A stretch of 64,000 nt of DNA from Bacillus subtilis subsp. subtilis str. 168 (GTDB lineage Bacteria; Bacillota; Bacilli; Bacillales; Bacillaceae). Location of the stretch: assembly GCF_000009045.1 (NCBI RefSeq), contig NC_000964.3, positions 992,001 through 1,056,000 of the forward strand. Direction: 5' to 3'. Each line of letters begins with the position of its first letter. Position 1 is the first letter of the stretch. The notes beneath the pieces are model-generated. The model did not search any database. It saw nothing but the letters and a program-made list of their open reading frames with translations, and was not told where the DNA came from. The translations under genes and the position numbers were made by a program. Positions 10,323-23,646 of the stretch are shown here, in pieces.

Positions 10323-10347
10323 CACCGCTTTCATGCACTGATACAAT
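10319..10347 (+). promoter_or_regulatory. sigmaA promoter of glpFK with overlapping cre (CcpA) site at 10320-10333
   Basis: TTGACA-17-TACAAT with TG extension; TGACACCGCTTTCA resembles the cre consensus. Confidence 0.85.
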
Positions 10348-10380
10348 TGCACTAGGTTAATACATTGTGATGGAGAACTC

Positions 10381-10447
10381 GGAGACCACAGCAGCTCTTT
10401 ACGGCAAATGTTTATGCACCCGTAAAGCGGTTTGTTGTGGTTTTTTT
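10381..10447 (+). promoter_or_regulatory. glpF leader: GlpP-controlled conditional terminator
   Basis: GACCACAGC..GTTGTGGT stem plus T-tract; shares GAGACCACAGC with the glpD leader. Confidence 0.85.
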
Positions 10448-10500
10448 ATTCTCTTCTTCTCTATCATGCTTTTTAATCGTGACTTTAGGAGGAATGTGCT

Positions 10501-11325
10501 ATGACAGCATTTTGGGGAGAAGTCATCGGTACGATGCTGCTTATCATTTTTGGTGCAGGTGTTTGTGCAGGTGTCAATTTAAAGAAATCGCTTTCATTCC
10601 AGTCTGGCTGGATTGTTGTTGTATTTGGATGGGGATTGGGTGTTGCCATGGCGGCATACGCGGTTGGCGGCATCAGCGGTGCCCATTTGAATCCGGCGCT
10701 AACGATAGCGCTTGCATTTGTAGGAGATTTTCCTTGGAAAGAGGTTCCGGTTTATATTGCGGCGCAAATGATCGGAGCGATCATCGGTGCGGTGATTATT
10801 TATCTGCATTACCTCCCGCACTGGAAGTCAACGGATGATCCCGCTGCCAAGCTGGGTGTTTTCTCAACAGGGCCCAGCATTCCGCATACATTTGCAAACG
10901 TTTTAAGCGAAGTGATTGGGACATTTGTCCTTGTACTTGGAATCTTGGCCATAGGTGCAAATCAATTTACAGAAGGACTTAATCCTTTAATCGTCGGTTT
11001 CCTCATTGTAGCAATCGGTATTTCTCTGGGAGGCACCACCGGCTATGCTATCAATCCTGCACGTGACTTAGGTCCGCGGATCGCCCACGCTTTTCTTCCG
11101 ATTCCGGGGAAGGGCTCATCAAACTGGAAATACGCATGGGTTCCGGTAGTCGGCCCGATTTTAGGCGGATCATTCGGCGGTGTATTTTACAACGCTGCAT
11201 TTAAAGGGCACATCACAAGCAGCTTCTGGATTGTAAGCGTTATATTGGTTGTGGTATTGTTAGGACTCTATGTTTATACGAAATCACATTCTGCTAAAAC
11301 ATTATCAAATTCTAAATATATTTAA
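10501..11325 (+). CDS. glpF: Glycerol uptake facilitator (aquaglyceroporin)
   Basis: Two NPA motifs (HLNPA, AINPARD). Confidence 0.97.
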   Translation: MTAFWGEVIGTMLLIIFGAGVCAGVNLKKSLSFQSGWIVVVFGWGLGVAMAAYAVGGISGAHLNPALTIALAFVGDFPWKEVPVYIAAQMIGAIIGAVIIYLHYLPHWKSTDDPAAKLGVFSTGPSIPHTFANVLSEVIGTFVLVLGILAIGANQFTEGLNPLIVGFLIVAIGISLGGTTGYAINPARDLGPRIAHAFLPIPGKGSSNWKYAWVPVVGPILGGSFGGVFYNAAFKGHITSSFWIVSVILVVVLLGLYVYTKSHSAKTLSNSKYI

Positions 11326-12834
<1,509 letters not shown>

Positions 12835-12844
12835 AGTAATACTA

Positions 12845-12945
12845 TGGTATAATGGTTACAAGTTAATAAGAACGGTCCTGAGATGAGGAGAGACCACAGC
12901 ACCAAAGTGTAAGCATGCACTTTGGCTGTTGTGGTCTCTTTTTCT
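12845..12945 (+). promoter_or_regulatory. glpD extended -10 promoter and GlpP-controlled leader terminator
   Basis: TGGTATAAT at 12845-12853; long hairpin AGAGACCACAGC..GTTGTGGTCTCT (12889-12939) plus T-tract. Confidence 0.88.
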
Positions 12946-12974
12946 ATTTACCGTGACAACAAGGAGGAAACGTA

Positions 12975-14642
12975 ATGATGAATCATCAATTTTCAAGTCT
13001 TGAAAGAGATCGCATGCTGACAGACATGACGAAAAAAACATATGACCTATTTATTATCGGAGGAGGAATTACAGGAGCCGGAACAGCTCTTGACGCGGCA
13101 TCAAGGGGAATGAAGGTCGCACTAAGCGAAATGCAGGACTTTGCGGCGGGAACATCAAGCCGATCAACGAAGCTGGTACATGGCGGCTTGCGCTATTTAA
13201 AACAATTTGAAGTGAAAATGGTCGCTGAGGTAGGAAAAGAGCGGGCGATTGTGTATGAAAACGGCCCGCATGTCACTACACCGGAATGGATGCTGCTTCC
13301 GTTTCATAAAGGCGGCACATTCGGTTCATTTACAACATCTATTGGGTTAAGGGTTTATGACTTCCTTGCAGGTGTGAAAAAGTCAGAACGAAGAAGCATG
13401 CTTTCAGCAAAAGAAACGCTGCAAAAAGAGCCTTTGGTGAAAAAAGACGGCTTAAAAGGCGGCGGGTACTATGTGGAATACCGCACTGACGATGCGAGAC
13501 TGACCATCGAAGTCATGAAGGAAGCGGTTAAATTCGGGGCAGAGCCTGTGAATTACTCCAAAGTGAAGGAGCTTCTTTACGAAAAAGGCAAAGCCGTCGG
13601 CGTATTAATTGAAGATGTGCTGACAAAGAAAGAATATAAAGTGTATGCGAAAAAAATTGTCAATGCTACAGGCCCTTGGGTCGATCAGCTCAGAGAAAAA
13701 GACCATTCGAAAAACGGAAAGCATTTGCAGCATACAAAAGGCATTCACCTTGTATTTGACCAGTCTGTCTTTCCGCTGAAACAGGCTGTATATTTCGATA
13801 CACCTGATGGCCGGATGGTATTTGCGATTCCTCGTGAAGGCAAAACATACGTGGGAACAACAGACACTGTTTACAAAGAGGCGCTGGAGCATCCGCGGAT
13901 GACAACGGAGGATCGTGATTATGTCATCAAATCAATCAATTACATGTTCCCGGAACTGAATATCACTGCGAATGACATCGAATCCAGCTGGGCGGGGCTG
14001 CGTCCGCTGATTCATGAAGAAGGCAAAGATCCTTCTGAAATTTCACGGAAAGACGAGATTTGGACATCTGACTCAGGCCTGATCACCATTGCCGGCGGAA
14101 AACTGACTGGATACAGAAAAATGGCGGAGCACATCGTTGATCTTGTCCGTGATCGCTTAAAAGAAGAGGGCGAAAAGGATTTTGGACCATGTAAAACGAA
14201 AAACATGCCAATCTCTGGCGGGCACGTCGGCGGTTCGAAAAATCTTATGTCCTTCGTTACCGCGAAAACAAAAGAAGGAATTGCAGCCGGTTTATCAGAA
14301 AAAGACGCAAAACAGCTTGCGATCAGATACGGCTCTAACGTAGATCGCGTCTTTGACCGGGTAGAAGCGCTGAAAGATGAGGCCGCGAAACGCAACATTC
14401 CGGTTCATATTCTTGCTGAGGCAGAATACAGTATAGAAGAAGAGATGACTGCAACCCCTGCTGACTTCTTTGTCCGCAGAACGGGACGTTTATTTTTTGA
14501 TATCAATTGGGTAAGAACATATAAAGATGCCGTTATTGATTTTATGAGCGAGCGATTCCAATGGGATGAGCAGGCGAAAAACAAACATACAGAAAACCTC
14601 AACAAGCTTTTACACGATGCGGTCGTACCGCTTGAGCAATAA
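12975..14642 (+). CDS. glpD: FAD-dependent glycerol-3-phosphate dehydrogenase
   Basis: GGGITG FAD motif; [17 protein letters not shown]. Confidence 0.97.
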   Translation: MMNHQFSSLERDRMLTDMTKKTYDLFIIGGGITGAGTALDAASRGMKVALSEMQDFAAGTSSRSTKLVHGGLRYLKQFEVKMVAEVGKERAIVYENGPHVTTPEWMLLPFHKGGTFGSFTTSIGLRVYDFLAGVKKSERRSMLSAKETLQKEPLVKKDGLKGGGYYVEYRTDDARLTIEVMKEAVKFGAEPVNYSKVKELLYEKGKAVGVLIEDVLTKKEYKVYAKKIVNATGPWVDQLREKDHSKNGKHLQHTKGIHLVFDQSVFPLKQAVYFDTPDGRMVFAIPREGKTYVGTTDTVYKEALEHPRMTTEDRDYVIKSINYMFPELNITANDIESSWAGLRPLIHEEGKDPSEISRKDEIWTSDSGLITIAGGKLTGYRKMAEHIVDLVRDRLKEEGEKDFGPCKTKNMPISGGHVGGSKNLMSFVTAKTKEGIAAGLSEKDAKQLAIRYGSNVDRVFDRVEALKDEAAKRNIPVHILAEAEYSIEEEMTATPADFFVRRTGRLFFDINWVRTYKDAVIDFMSERFQWDEQAKNKHTENLNKLLHDAVVPLEQ

Positions 14643-14645
14643 ATC

Positions 14646-14679
14646 ATAACGGGCTGTCTGCAGCCCGTTATTTCTTTTT
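14646..14679 (+). terminator. Terminator after glpD
   Basis: ATAACGGGCTGTCTGCAGCCCGTTAT plus T-tract. Confidence 0.85.
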
Positions 14680-14773
14680 ACGTGCCGAAAGGGGGAGATC
14701 TCAGGTTATCAAGTGACAGAGGCACCCGCTTCATATAAAATAATGGCATAAGCTGATACATAGGAGGACGAAT

Positions 14774-16519
14774 ATGACTTGGAGAAAGAGCTATGAACGC
14801 TGGAAACAGACAGAACATTTAGATCTGGAATTAAAAGAGCGCCTTATTGAATTAGAGGGAGATGAACAGGCCCTTGAGGACTGTTTCTATAAAGACCTTG
14901 AATTCGGTACCGGCGGAATGCGCGGGGAAATCGGCGCCGGGACAAATCGGATGAATATTTACACTGTGCGCAAAGCATCGGCCGGGTTTGCGGCATACAT
15001 CTCGAAGCAAGGTGAGGAAGCGAAAAAACGGGGCGTTGTCATTGCTTATGATTCCCGCCATAAGTCTCCGGAGTTCGCGATGGAAGCGGCAAAAACACTT
15101 GCGACACAAGGCATCCAAACATACGTGTTTGATGAGCTTCGCCCGACGCCAGAGCTGTCATTCGCTGTTAGACAGCTGAACGCTTATGGTGGAATTGTGG
15201 TAACGGCAAGCCATAACCCGCCTGAATATAACGGCTACAAAGTATACGGGGATGATGGCGGCCAGCTGCCTCCAAAGGAAGCGGACATCGTCATTGAGCA
15301 GGTAAACGCGATTGAAAATGAGCTGACGATCACAGTGGACGAAGAAAATAAGTTAAAAGAAAAAGGCTTAATCAAAATCATCGGTGAAGATATTGATAAA
15401 GTTTATACAGAAAAACTGACGTCCATTTCTGTACATCCTGAATTATCGGAAGAAGTAGATGTAAAGGTTGTTTTCACACCGCTGCATGGAACTGCAAATA
15501 AACCGGTCAGACGCGGTCTTGAAGCACTCGGCTACAAAAATGTAACGGTTGTCAAAGAACAGGAACTGCCGGATTCAAACTTCTCCACTGTTACATCGCC
15601 GAACCCGGAAGAGCATGCGGCATTCGAATATGCCATTAAGCTTGGGGAGGAGCAGAATGCAGATATTCTCATCGCGACAGATCCTGATGCTGACCGCCTC
15701 GGCATCGCGGTGAAAAACGATCAAGGCAAATATACAGTGCTGACAGGAAACCAAACCGGAGCGTTGCTGCTTCATTACCTGCTTTCTGAAAAGAAAAAAC
15801 AAGGCATCCTGCCTGATAACGGTGTTGTTCTCAAAACGATCGTCACAAGCGAAATCGGCCGTGCTGTAGCTTCTTCATTCGGCCTTGATACGATTGATAC
15901 GCTGACAGGCTTTAAGTTTATCGGTGAAAAGATTAAGGAATACGAAGCATCAGGCCAGTATACCTTCCAATTCGGTTATGAAGAGAGCTACGGTTATTTA
16001 ATCGGGGATTTTGCCCGCGATAAGGACGCCATTCAGGCTGCGCTTTTGGCAGTTGAAGTTTGCGCGTTCTATAAAAAACAGGGAATGTCATTGTATGAGG
16101 CGCTCATCAATCTCTTTAACGAATATGGTTTTTATCGTGAAGGGCTGAAATCCCTGACGCTGAAAGGCAAACAAGGAGCAGAGCAAATTGAAGCGATTCT
16201 TGCTTCCTTCAGACAAAATCCGCCGCAGAAAATGGCGGGCAAACAGGTTGTCACAGCAGAAGATTACGCTGTAAGCAAACGGACGCTTCTGACTGAAAGC
16301 AAAGAAGAAGCCATCGACTTGCCAAAATCAAATGTATTGAAATACTTCCTGGAAGACGGGTCTTGGTTCTGTCTCCGTCCTTCTGGAACTGAGCCGAAGG
16401 TTAAATTTTATTTCGCCGTAAAAGGGTCATCTTTGGAAGACAGTGAAAAGCGACTTGCCGTCCTTTCTGAAGATGTAATGAAGACGGTGGATGAAATTGT
16501 TGAGTCAACAGCAAAATAA
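14774..16519 (+). CDS. pgcA: Alpha-phosphoglucomutase
   Basis: TASHNP phosphoserine loop, DPDADR metal loop, RPSGTEPK. Confidence 0.95.
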
Positions 16520-16529
16520 TTCAAGTATG

Positions 16530-16566
16530 AGCTGGGTCATTGTAAATGATCCGGCTTTTTCTTTTT
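16530..16566 (+). terminator. Terminator after pgcA
   Basis: AGCTGGGTCAT..ATGATCCGGCT plus T-tract. Confidence 0.8.
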
Positions 16567-16567
16567 C

Positions 16568-16634
16568 TCATCCAAAAGTCTGAAAGAAAATCATCCTACA
16601 AGTGAAGCAATGAAATACAAAAAACTGGTATAAT
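16568..16634 (+). promoter_or_regulatory. yhcY promoter with candidate LiaR-type operator (16568-16583) and extended -10
   Basis: TCATCCAAAAGTCTGA fits T-N4-C-N4-G-N4-A; TGGTATAAT at 16626-16634 with no good -35. Confidence 0.55.
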
Positions 16635-16667
16635 CTTAAATACAAGATCAATGCCGGAGTGAGAAAC

Positions 16668-17803
16668 GTGAGCAAAACGAGGATGGAAAAATTAAAAACG
16701 CTGAAAACGATTGCGGAAACCTTAAATCAAGGGCACGATATCAAAGCAACACTGGATGAGGTTTTAAAAGAGTTGCTGAGTCTGACAAACCTTCAATCCG
16801 GATGGATTTTTCTGATCGAAGAAGATGGGTCTTATACGTTAGCGGCCGACGCTTATCTGCCCCCGGCTTTAAGCCGCAAGGAAAAAGTGCTGATGTGCGA
16901 AGGGGAGTGTTACTGCCTGACGAAATTCAATAACGGAGGGCTTAGAAAAGCTGCAAATATCATGAACTGCAAACGCATCGAATCAGCAGAAAACCTGCAT
17001 TGTTTTGACACAGAAGGGATTACGCATCATGCAACTGTGCCTTTAGAAGACGGGGACAGAAGATTCGGATTGTTAAATGTAGCGGCGGCCGGAAAAACCA
17101 TGTTTGATGAGGAAGAGCTGCATTTACTCGAGTCTGTCGCCTTTCAGATCGGAACGGCAATCCAGCGTATGAGGCTTTCTGAATATCAACAAAAAAATGC
17201 TCTTTTAATGGAGCGTAACCGCCTCGCTCAGGAGCTTCACGATTCAGTCAATCAAATGCTGTTTTCCGTCAGTTTAACTGCCAAAGCTGCGAAGACACTA
17301 ACAAAAGATGAAAATTTACAGCAGATGATTGATTTCATCCAAAACCTATCACAGGACGCGCTCGCAGAAATGAAAGCGTTAATTTGGCAGCTTCGCCCCG
17401 GAGGATTGGAAAAAGGGCTGGCTGAAGCCATTAAAAGCTATGGTGCGCTCATTGGATTGAAGATCATTTTTACACAAAAAGGCTGTCCTGTTCTGACTGA
17501 TGAGCAGGAGCATATGCTATGGCGTGTCGTACAGGAAGCTTTAAATAACTGCAAAAAGCATGCCGGAACGGATACGGCGTATGTTAGTCTGACTGCTTCT
17601 TTGTGCCATGCGGAGCTGGATATCATCGATCATGGGGCAGGATTTCGCTATGAAGCGCATGCCGGTCTGCCTTCACTTGGCATAAAAGGTATGAAAGAGC
17701 GAGCGGAAAAAGCCGGAGCTAAGTTTTGGATTGAGTCAGCGCTTGGAACTGGAACAAAGCTGTCCATCAGGCTTCCGCTAAAAAGCCGAAAAGGAGGGGC
17801 GGT

Positions 17804-17807
<4 letters not shown>
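16668..17807 (+). CDS. yhcY: Soluble GAF-HisKA_3 sensor histidine kinase
   Basis: No TM helix; GAF domain; ERNRLAQELHD H-box; HATPase domain. Confidence 0.93.
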
Positions 17808-18981
<1,174 letters not shown>

Positions 18982-18983
18982 GT

Positions 18984-19226
18984 TTATGTGAGAAGGGCTA
19001 TTTGATCTTCATAAGTCAGCTCTGTGGCATGATCAATATATCGGAGAAGGGAATACAGCATCTTTTCTAAAACGGCGTAATCCTGTTCAAAATGATACGC
19101 ATGCAGAAAATGCTCAATTCGTTTTGATAACAAATCGTCCTCTGTACGCACCATTAAAATTAATAAATTATCCCATTGAGAACGATGGGTGTAATAAAGC
19201 GCTTTATCGTAATCGGCATAATCCAT
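18984..19226 (-). CDS. yhdB: Small conserved sporulation-associated protein
   Basis: 80 codons, SD AAAGGAG; sigmaG/F-like GCATT-18-CATATTG at 19359-19330. Confidence 0.85.
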   Translation of the reverse strand: MDYADYDKALYYTHRSQWDNLLILMVRTEDDLLSKRIEHFLHAYHFEQDYAVLEKMLYSLLRYIDHATELTYEDQIALLT

Positions 19227-19426
19227 GAATCGCTTCTCCTTTCTTGGGTGAGAAGTTCATGATTAGTTTATGCCGCATCCTCTGTTATTGACGGGGCAAA
19301 ACTTGCCGTCTGCGTCAGTAAAGGGGTAGCAATATGAGGGAGACATAAAATCAAAATGCCTGAATGAAGATATCGCTTTTGGTAAACCTATGAGGGAATA
19401 TATTCTGGGTACAGGAGACTGAAAAA

Positions 19427-19750
19427 ATGAAATCCCTGCCGTATACCATCGCACTTCTTTTTTGCGGATTGATTATCGTGTCAATGGCTGCAAAAGGTCA
19501 TTCAACGGACACAGACGAGTCCGTTCAAAAGTGGGAACAGCTTGCCTGGAGCAAAATTCAGGATGAATATAAGGGCGCTTCATTTTCTGATTATGCTTAT
19601 ATGGGGCGTACAGAGGTGAATGATCAGCAGACTAAAGATGTCTTTCGGGTGACAGTCAGACAGAAAGATGACACTTTTTCTGTTCGGGCCGAAGTCTATT
19701 TTCATCCGGTGACAAATCATATGATCAGCATCAACGTCTTTAGGCTCTAA
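19427..19750 (+). CDS. yhdC: Exported protein, YqzG/YhdC family
   Basis: Signal peptide; SD AGGAG. Confidence 0.85.
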
Positions 19751-19791
19751 TAAAAAACTGTACAGCCGTTAAGGCCGCACAGTTTCTGTTT

Positions 19792-21258
19792 TTAGAAATA
19801 TCGTTTTGCACCGAGATAGCGCTGTTTCCAGTAAGAGTTGTTCATATTGGAAATGACAACTCCGGAATCGTTGGCATTTATGAATTCCCCGTTGCCTAGG
19901 TAAATTCCGACGTGGGAAGGGCCGGCTTTATATGTTGAAAAGAAAACGAAATCTCCGACAGCAGGCTGGCTAACTGATTTCATTGTGTTCCAATATCCCG
20001 CTGCCGTTAATCTAGATACGGATGTGACTTTGTTCAGTACATAGTAAATGAATCCGCTGCAGTCAAACCCGGACGGTGTCGTGCCTCCCCAGCGATACGG
20101 AACCCCAAGCTGCGCTTTAGCGGCCGAAATCATTGTGTTAATCTTCGCACTCGTTGAGCTGGTGGTGTTTGAAGAACCGGATGAAGACGATGATGAAGCT
20201 TTTCCGGAAATGACCAGCTTTTGGCCAACCTGCAAGACATCCGTTTTTAAATTGTTTTTCTCACGAATCTGCTGAGCTGTTACATTAAATTTTTGAGCAA
20301 TCACCCATAAGGAATCACCGCTTTTCACCGTGTATGTAGTCGTCGTGCCGGAGCTTGCATTTGACGAAGAAGACGACGATGATGAAGAGCCTGAAGATGC
20401 TTTACCTGTCAGCTTCAATACTTGTCCAACGTAAAGCACATCTGATTTCAGATTGTTGATATTTCGGATTTGCTGTACAGTCAGGTTATAGTTGTTTGCG
20501 ATTTTCCAAAGTGAATCACCGCTTTTAACGGTATATTTAGTTGTTGCTGAAGTTTGGTTCGATTTGGATGAATTGTCTTTAGAAGACGTATCAGAGCCGC
20601 TTGATTTTGTTTTCAACACCTGATTCACGTAAATGGTGTCTGATTTTAAGTTGTTCAAGACCTTCAATTCAGCGATGGACATATTGACTTTGTTTGCAAT
20701 TTTCCAAAGTGAATCTCCAAGCTGCACCTTATATGTTCCCGTAGAAGATGAAGAACTTGAACTCTTATTAGAACTGCTTTTTGAACTGGAGCTTGAACTC
20801 TTATTAGAGTTGCTTTTTTTACTGGAACTAGAGCTTGAAGAAACAGTACCGGACACCTTTAATTTCTGCCCAGCACGAATTAAATCGCTGCTTAGTCCGT
20901 TTAATTTTTTCAGTTCCTGCACCGTCATTTTAAACTCATTTGCGATCAGCCAAAGTGAATCTCCGCTTTTCACTGTGTAAACAGAACTTCCGCTCTTCTT
21001 GGTTGTTGAGCTTGAAGTAGATGAAGAAGTGCTGGATTTGCTGCCTGGAATAGTAAGCGTCTGGCCGATCGACAGAACAGTAGTCGAAAGATGATTGGCG
21101 GATGTGAGGGCCGCCACACTTGTGTTATAGGTTTGGGCCAGTTTCCATAAAGAATCTCCGCTTTTGACCTTAATCGTTGCTGCTTCAGCTGGTGTCACTA
21201 CTAAAGTTGTGCCGACAATCGCAGATGCTGTCAGCCCTGCTGCTAATTTCTTTTTCAT
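19792..21258 (-). CDS. lytF: Cell-separation DL-endopeptidase (5 LysM + NlpC/P60)
   Basis: Five VKxGDSLW LysM repeats, Ser-rich linkers, FDCSG catalytic Cys. Confidence 0.97.
   Translation of the reverse strand: MKKKLAAGLTASAIVGTTLVVTPAEAATIKVKSGDSLWKLAQTYNTSVAALTSANHLSTTVLSIGQTLTIPGSKSSTSSSTSSSTTKKSGSSVYTVKSGDSLWLIANEFKMTVQELKKLNGLSSDLIRAGQKLKVSGTVSSSSSSSKKSNSNKSSSSSSKSSSNKSSSSSSSTGTYKVQLGDSLWKIANKVNMSIAELKVLNNLKSDTIYVNQVLKTKSSGSDTSSKDNSSKSNQTSATTKYTVKSGDSLWKIANNYNLTVQQIRNINNLKSDVLYVGQVLKLTGKASSGSSSSSSSSSNASSGTTTTYTVKSGDSLWVIAQKFNVTAQQIREKNNLKTDVLQVGQKLVISGKASSSSSSGSSNTTSSTSAKINTMISAAKAQLGVPYRWGGTTPSGFDCSGFIYYVLNKVTSVSRLTAAGYWNTMKSVSQPAVGDFVFFSTYKAGPSHVGIYLGNGEFINANDSGVVISNMNNSYWKQRYLGAKRYF
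20756..20827. repeat. Imperfect 36-bp tandem duplication in a lytF Ser-rich linker
   Basis: CTTGAACTCTTATTAGA occurs at 20756 and 20792. Confidence 0.8.
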
Positions 21259-21410
21259 CTTAGCTCTCCTTTTTCCCCCAATGATTTTGCATTTGCTGTT
21301 TCTTTTTTATATCGGCACATTTGTCTCATCGTTTTGCCTTTTTATAAAAATAGCCAAATTATCTTAACAATAAGGGGGAAAAAGGGCATAAAAAAAGAAG
21401 GAATCTTAAT

Positions 21411-21851
21411 CTATTCCTTCATTTTTAAAAGCTTCATGATATCTTCTTTGTTTTTGACGAGGTCGCGCAGTGTGTATTTGTCTAAAACTGCGAGGTAGGC
21501 TAAAAGCGCTTCATTCAGCACATGTTTTAAGCCGCAAACCGGGGAAATAACACAGAGATTCTTGTTCGCATCAAAACATTCAACAATATTAAAATCGTCC
21601 TCCGTTTTTCTGACAACCTCACCGATGTTGATGTCTTCAGGGTCCATGCCTAATCGTATGCCGCCGCCCCGTCCGCGTATCGTTTCTACGTAGCCGAGCT
21701 GGCCGAGCCTGTATATGACTTTCATGAGATGATTTTTTGAAATAGAATACGTTTCGGCAATCTGTTTTATATTTGAAAGTTCTCCGGGACGCTCTGCAGC
21801 CAGAAAAATCAACACTCTTAATGAATAATCTGTATAATTGGTTAACTTCAT
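21411..21851 (-). CDS. nsrR: NO-sensing Rrf2 repressor
   Basis: Rrf2 HTH (RGRGGG); three C-terminal Cys ligands (ECFD..LCVISPVC). Confidence 0.95.
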   Translation of the reverse strand: MKLTNYTDYSLRVLIFLAAERPGELSNIKQIAETYSISKNHLMKVIYRLGQLGYVETIRGRGGGIRLGMDPEDINIGEVVRKTEDDFNIVECFDANKNLCVISPVCGLKHVLNEALLAYLAVLDKYTLRDLVKNKEDIMKLLKMKE

Positions 21852-21921
21852 AATAAGACCTCAGAATAAGACATTTTCTATATCTTATCATAATCGATTG
21901 AAAAATGAAAAAAAAGGAATT

Positions 21922-21955
21922 AAAAAACATGCACCCAGCTGGGTGCATGTTTTTT
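21922..21955 (-). terminator. Perfect 34-bp palindromic terminator after ygxB
   Basis: AAAAAACATGCACCCAG/CTGGGTGCATGTTTTTT. Confidence 0.85.
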
Positions 21956-21957
21956 GC

Positions 21958-23484
21958 TTACATGTCATTCGGCGGATTTTGGTTTTTACGGTTTTTTTCG
22001 ATTTCTGTGTTTTGCATTTTGCGTTCAAATGTAGACAGATAACGTGATGCAAAATCCTTACCGCCAAGGCCGAAGGATAAACCAAAAGCAAGTGCGAAGC
22101 CGCTAAGAACGATGATGAACGCGGAATTGACGATTGTCGCAGCGACACCCAGCTGATCCAGGGCCATAAAGAAAGCAAGTGCGATAATCGTATATTTAGC
22201 AATAGGCGCTAAAGACTTGAATTCCTGACCTTTTATCATGCTTGCGAGCACTTTTCTCACCAATTCTCCTGCGTAAAGGCCGAGTCCGAGAATGAATACT
22301 GCGACAAGGACATTCGGCAGATACGCGATGATGCCGGTGGCAATTTCTACGAGGAAGTGCAGCCGAACAATTTGAAGCGCCTCAGCTGTAAAGAGCAGAA
22401 TGACAATGATTTGCGCAATCATACCGACAACTTGAGACAAGGACAGCTTTGCAGGCGTTCCGGCTTCCATGCCCATTTTCCCTAAGACAGAATCAAAGCC
22501 TGCGCGATGGAGCAGTCCGGACACCATGGATTTCACCCATTTTCCTGCCCAGATACCCGCTAATACAAGCACGATGGCAATCATGATGTTCGGAAGCATG
22601 TTTAAAATCGTATTCAGCATAGAGACAGCTGGTTTTGAAATGCCGGCGACATCCAGCTGATCAAGCGCTGAAATGACCACCGGAATCATAATGAGCACAT
22701 AAGCGATTGTTCCGATGACTGCTGAAAGGCTTGTGTCTTTTAAGTAAATTGATAAACCCATACGTGCCGCGAATCTTTCGGTGCCGATGCTTGCAAGGAA
22801 ATTCGTAATGATATCACGGACAAGGCGGGCAACAAGCCATCCGATTAATACGATAAGCGCCGCTGCAAATAATTTCGGCAGAAAAGCGAGCACGCTTTCC
22901 ATCATATTTGTAAAAGGACCTGAAATGCCGCTGATTTTCAAAGAAGATAAGACCCCTGGCAGAAAAACAAGCAGCACGAGATAAAAGACAATTTGTGAAG
23001 CGGTATTGACAGCCTGGTGAATATCTTTTCCTTCAGACACCAAATTCCACTTGCGCAGTTTGTCACTCGTGTTCAGCTTCATCCCGATTTTTTTGACAAG
23101 GAAGCTCAAAACAGAAGCTGCAGCCCATCCTAACAGCAGAATGAGTCCGGCTTTCAGCACGCTTGGGATCGCAGCTGCAATCGCCGAAAGCATACTGACA
23201 AACGGCGATGCCACTGTTGTCAGGTGCAAAATGTTAAAGAATAAAATAAAGACGATGATCAGTGCGATAAAATAAACGACCTTGCTTATGACTTTTTCCG
23301 AGGAATAGCGTGAAGGCTTTTTCCCAGCAAAGAGCTTGTCGTCGATTTTTGTTTTGCTGAGTCCTTTGTATACCGCTTTTTCAATGATTTTAGCAATAGC
23401 CCAGCCGATTAATAAGACGAGTAAAGCAATGATTACGTTTGGCAGCTTACTGAGATAAGAAGAAAACACGTCTGCTACATTCAA
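21958..23484 (-). CDS. ygxB: Polytopic general-stress membrane protein (MscS-associated TM-helix repeats); start placed at TTG 23484
   Basis: Repeated LP(N/K)..A..I...GW..A helices; SD AAAGGAG 9 nt before TTG 23484. The open frame extends to 23631. Confidence 0.85.
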   Translation of the reverse strand: MNVADVFSSYLSKLPNVIIALLVLLIGWAIAKIIEKAVYKGLSKTKIDDKLFAGKKPSRYSSEKVISKVVYFIALIIVFILFFNILHLTTVASPFVSMLSAIAAAIPSVLKAGLILLLGWAAASVLSFLVKKIGMKLNTSDKLRKWNLVSEGKDIHQAVNTASQIVFYLVLLVFLPGVLSSLKISGISGPFTNMMESVLAFLPKLFAAALIVLIGWLVARLVRDIITNFLASIGTERFAARMGLSIYLKDTSLSAVIGTIAYVLIMIPVVISALDQLDVAGISKPAVSMLNTILNMLPNIMIAIVLVLAGIWAGKWVKSMVSGLLHRAGFDSVLGKMGMEAGTPAKLSLSQVVGMIAQIIVILLFTAEALQIVRLHFLVEIATGIIAYLPNVLVAVFILGLGLYAGELVRKVLASMIKGQEFKSLAPIAKYTIIALAFFMALDQLGVAATIVNSAFIIVLSGFALAFGLSFGLGGKDFASRYLSTFERKMQNTEIEKNRKNQNPPNDM

Positions 23485-23519
23485 TTGGTATCGCTCCTTT
23501 TTCGTAGTATGGTGTGTGT

Positions 23520-23544
23520 TTACCCACTTATCCAATAAGCAAAC
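23520..23544 (-). promoter_or_regulatory. sigmaB promoter of ygxB
   Basis: GTTTGC-13-GGGTAA on the minus strand. Confidence 0.8.
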
Positions 23545-23588
23545 AGATGAATGTGCCGGGGGAATTTTTTCTTGCCCGAGTGAGACTA

Positions 23589-23617
23589 TCATCTTTTGTC
23601 TGGCGGGCTCATACATT
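23589..23617 (+). promoter_or_regulatory. sigmaE promoter of spoVR
   Basis: TCATCTT-14-CATACATT. Confidence 0.75.
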
Positions 23618-23646
23618 ATAGATAAGTCCAAGTAGGGGGGATTCGG

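Noticed and set aside
19792-21258. Regularly spaced GGAGATTCACTTTGG-like repeats suggestive of a CRISPR or repeat array
   Set aside because: They are codons of the five LysM domains (GDSLW) inside lytF; the spacers are coding.
21922-21955. Perfect 34-bp palindrome as a MITE/REP or recombination site
   Set aside because: It has A/T tails, sits directly after the ygxB stop, and has no second copy in the window: an ordinary terminator.
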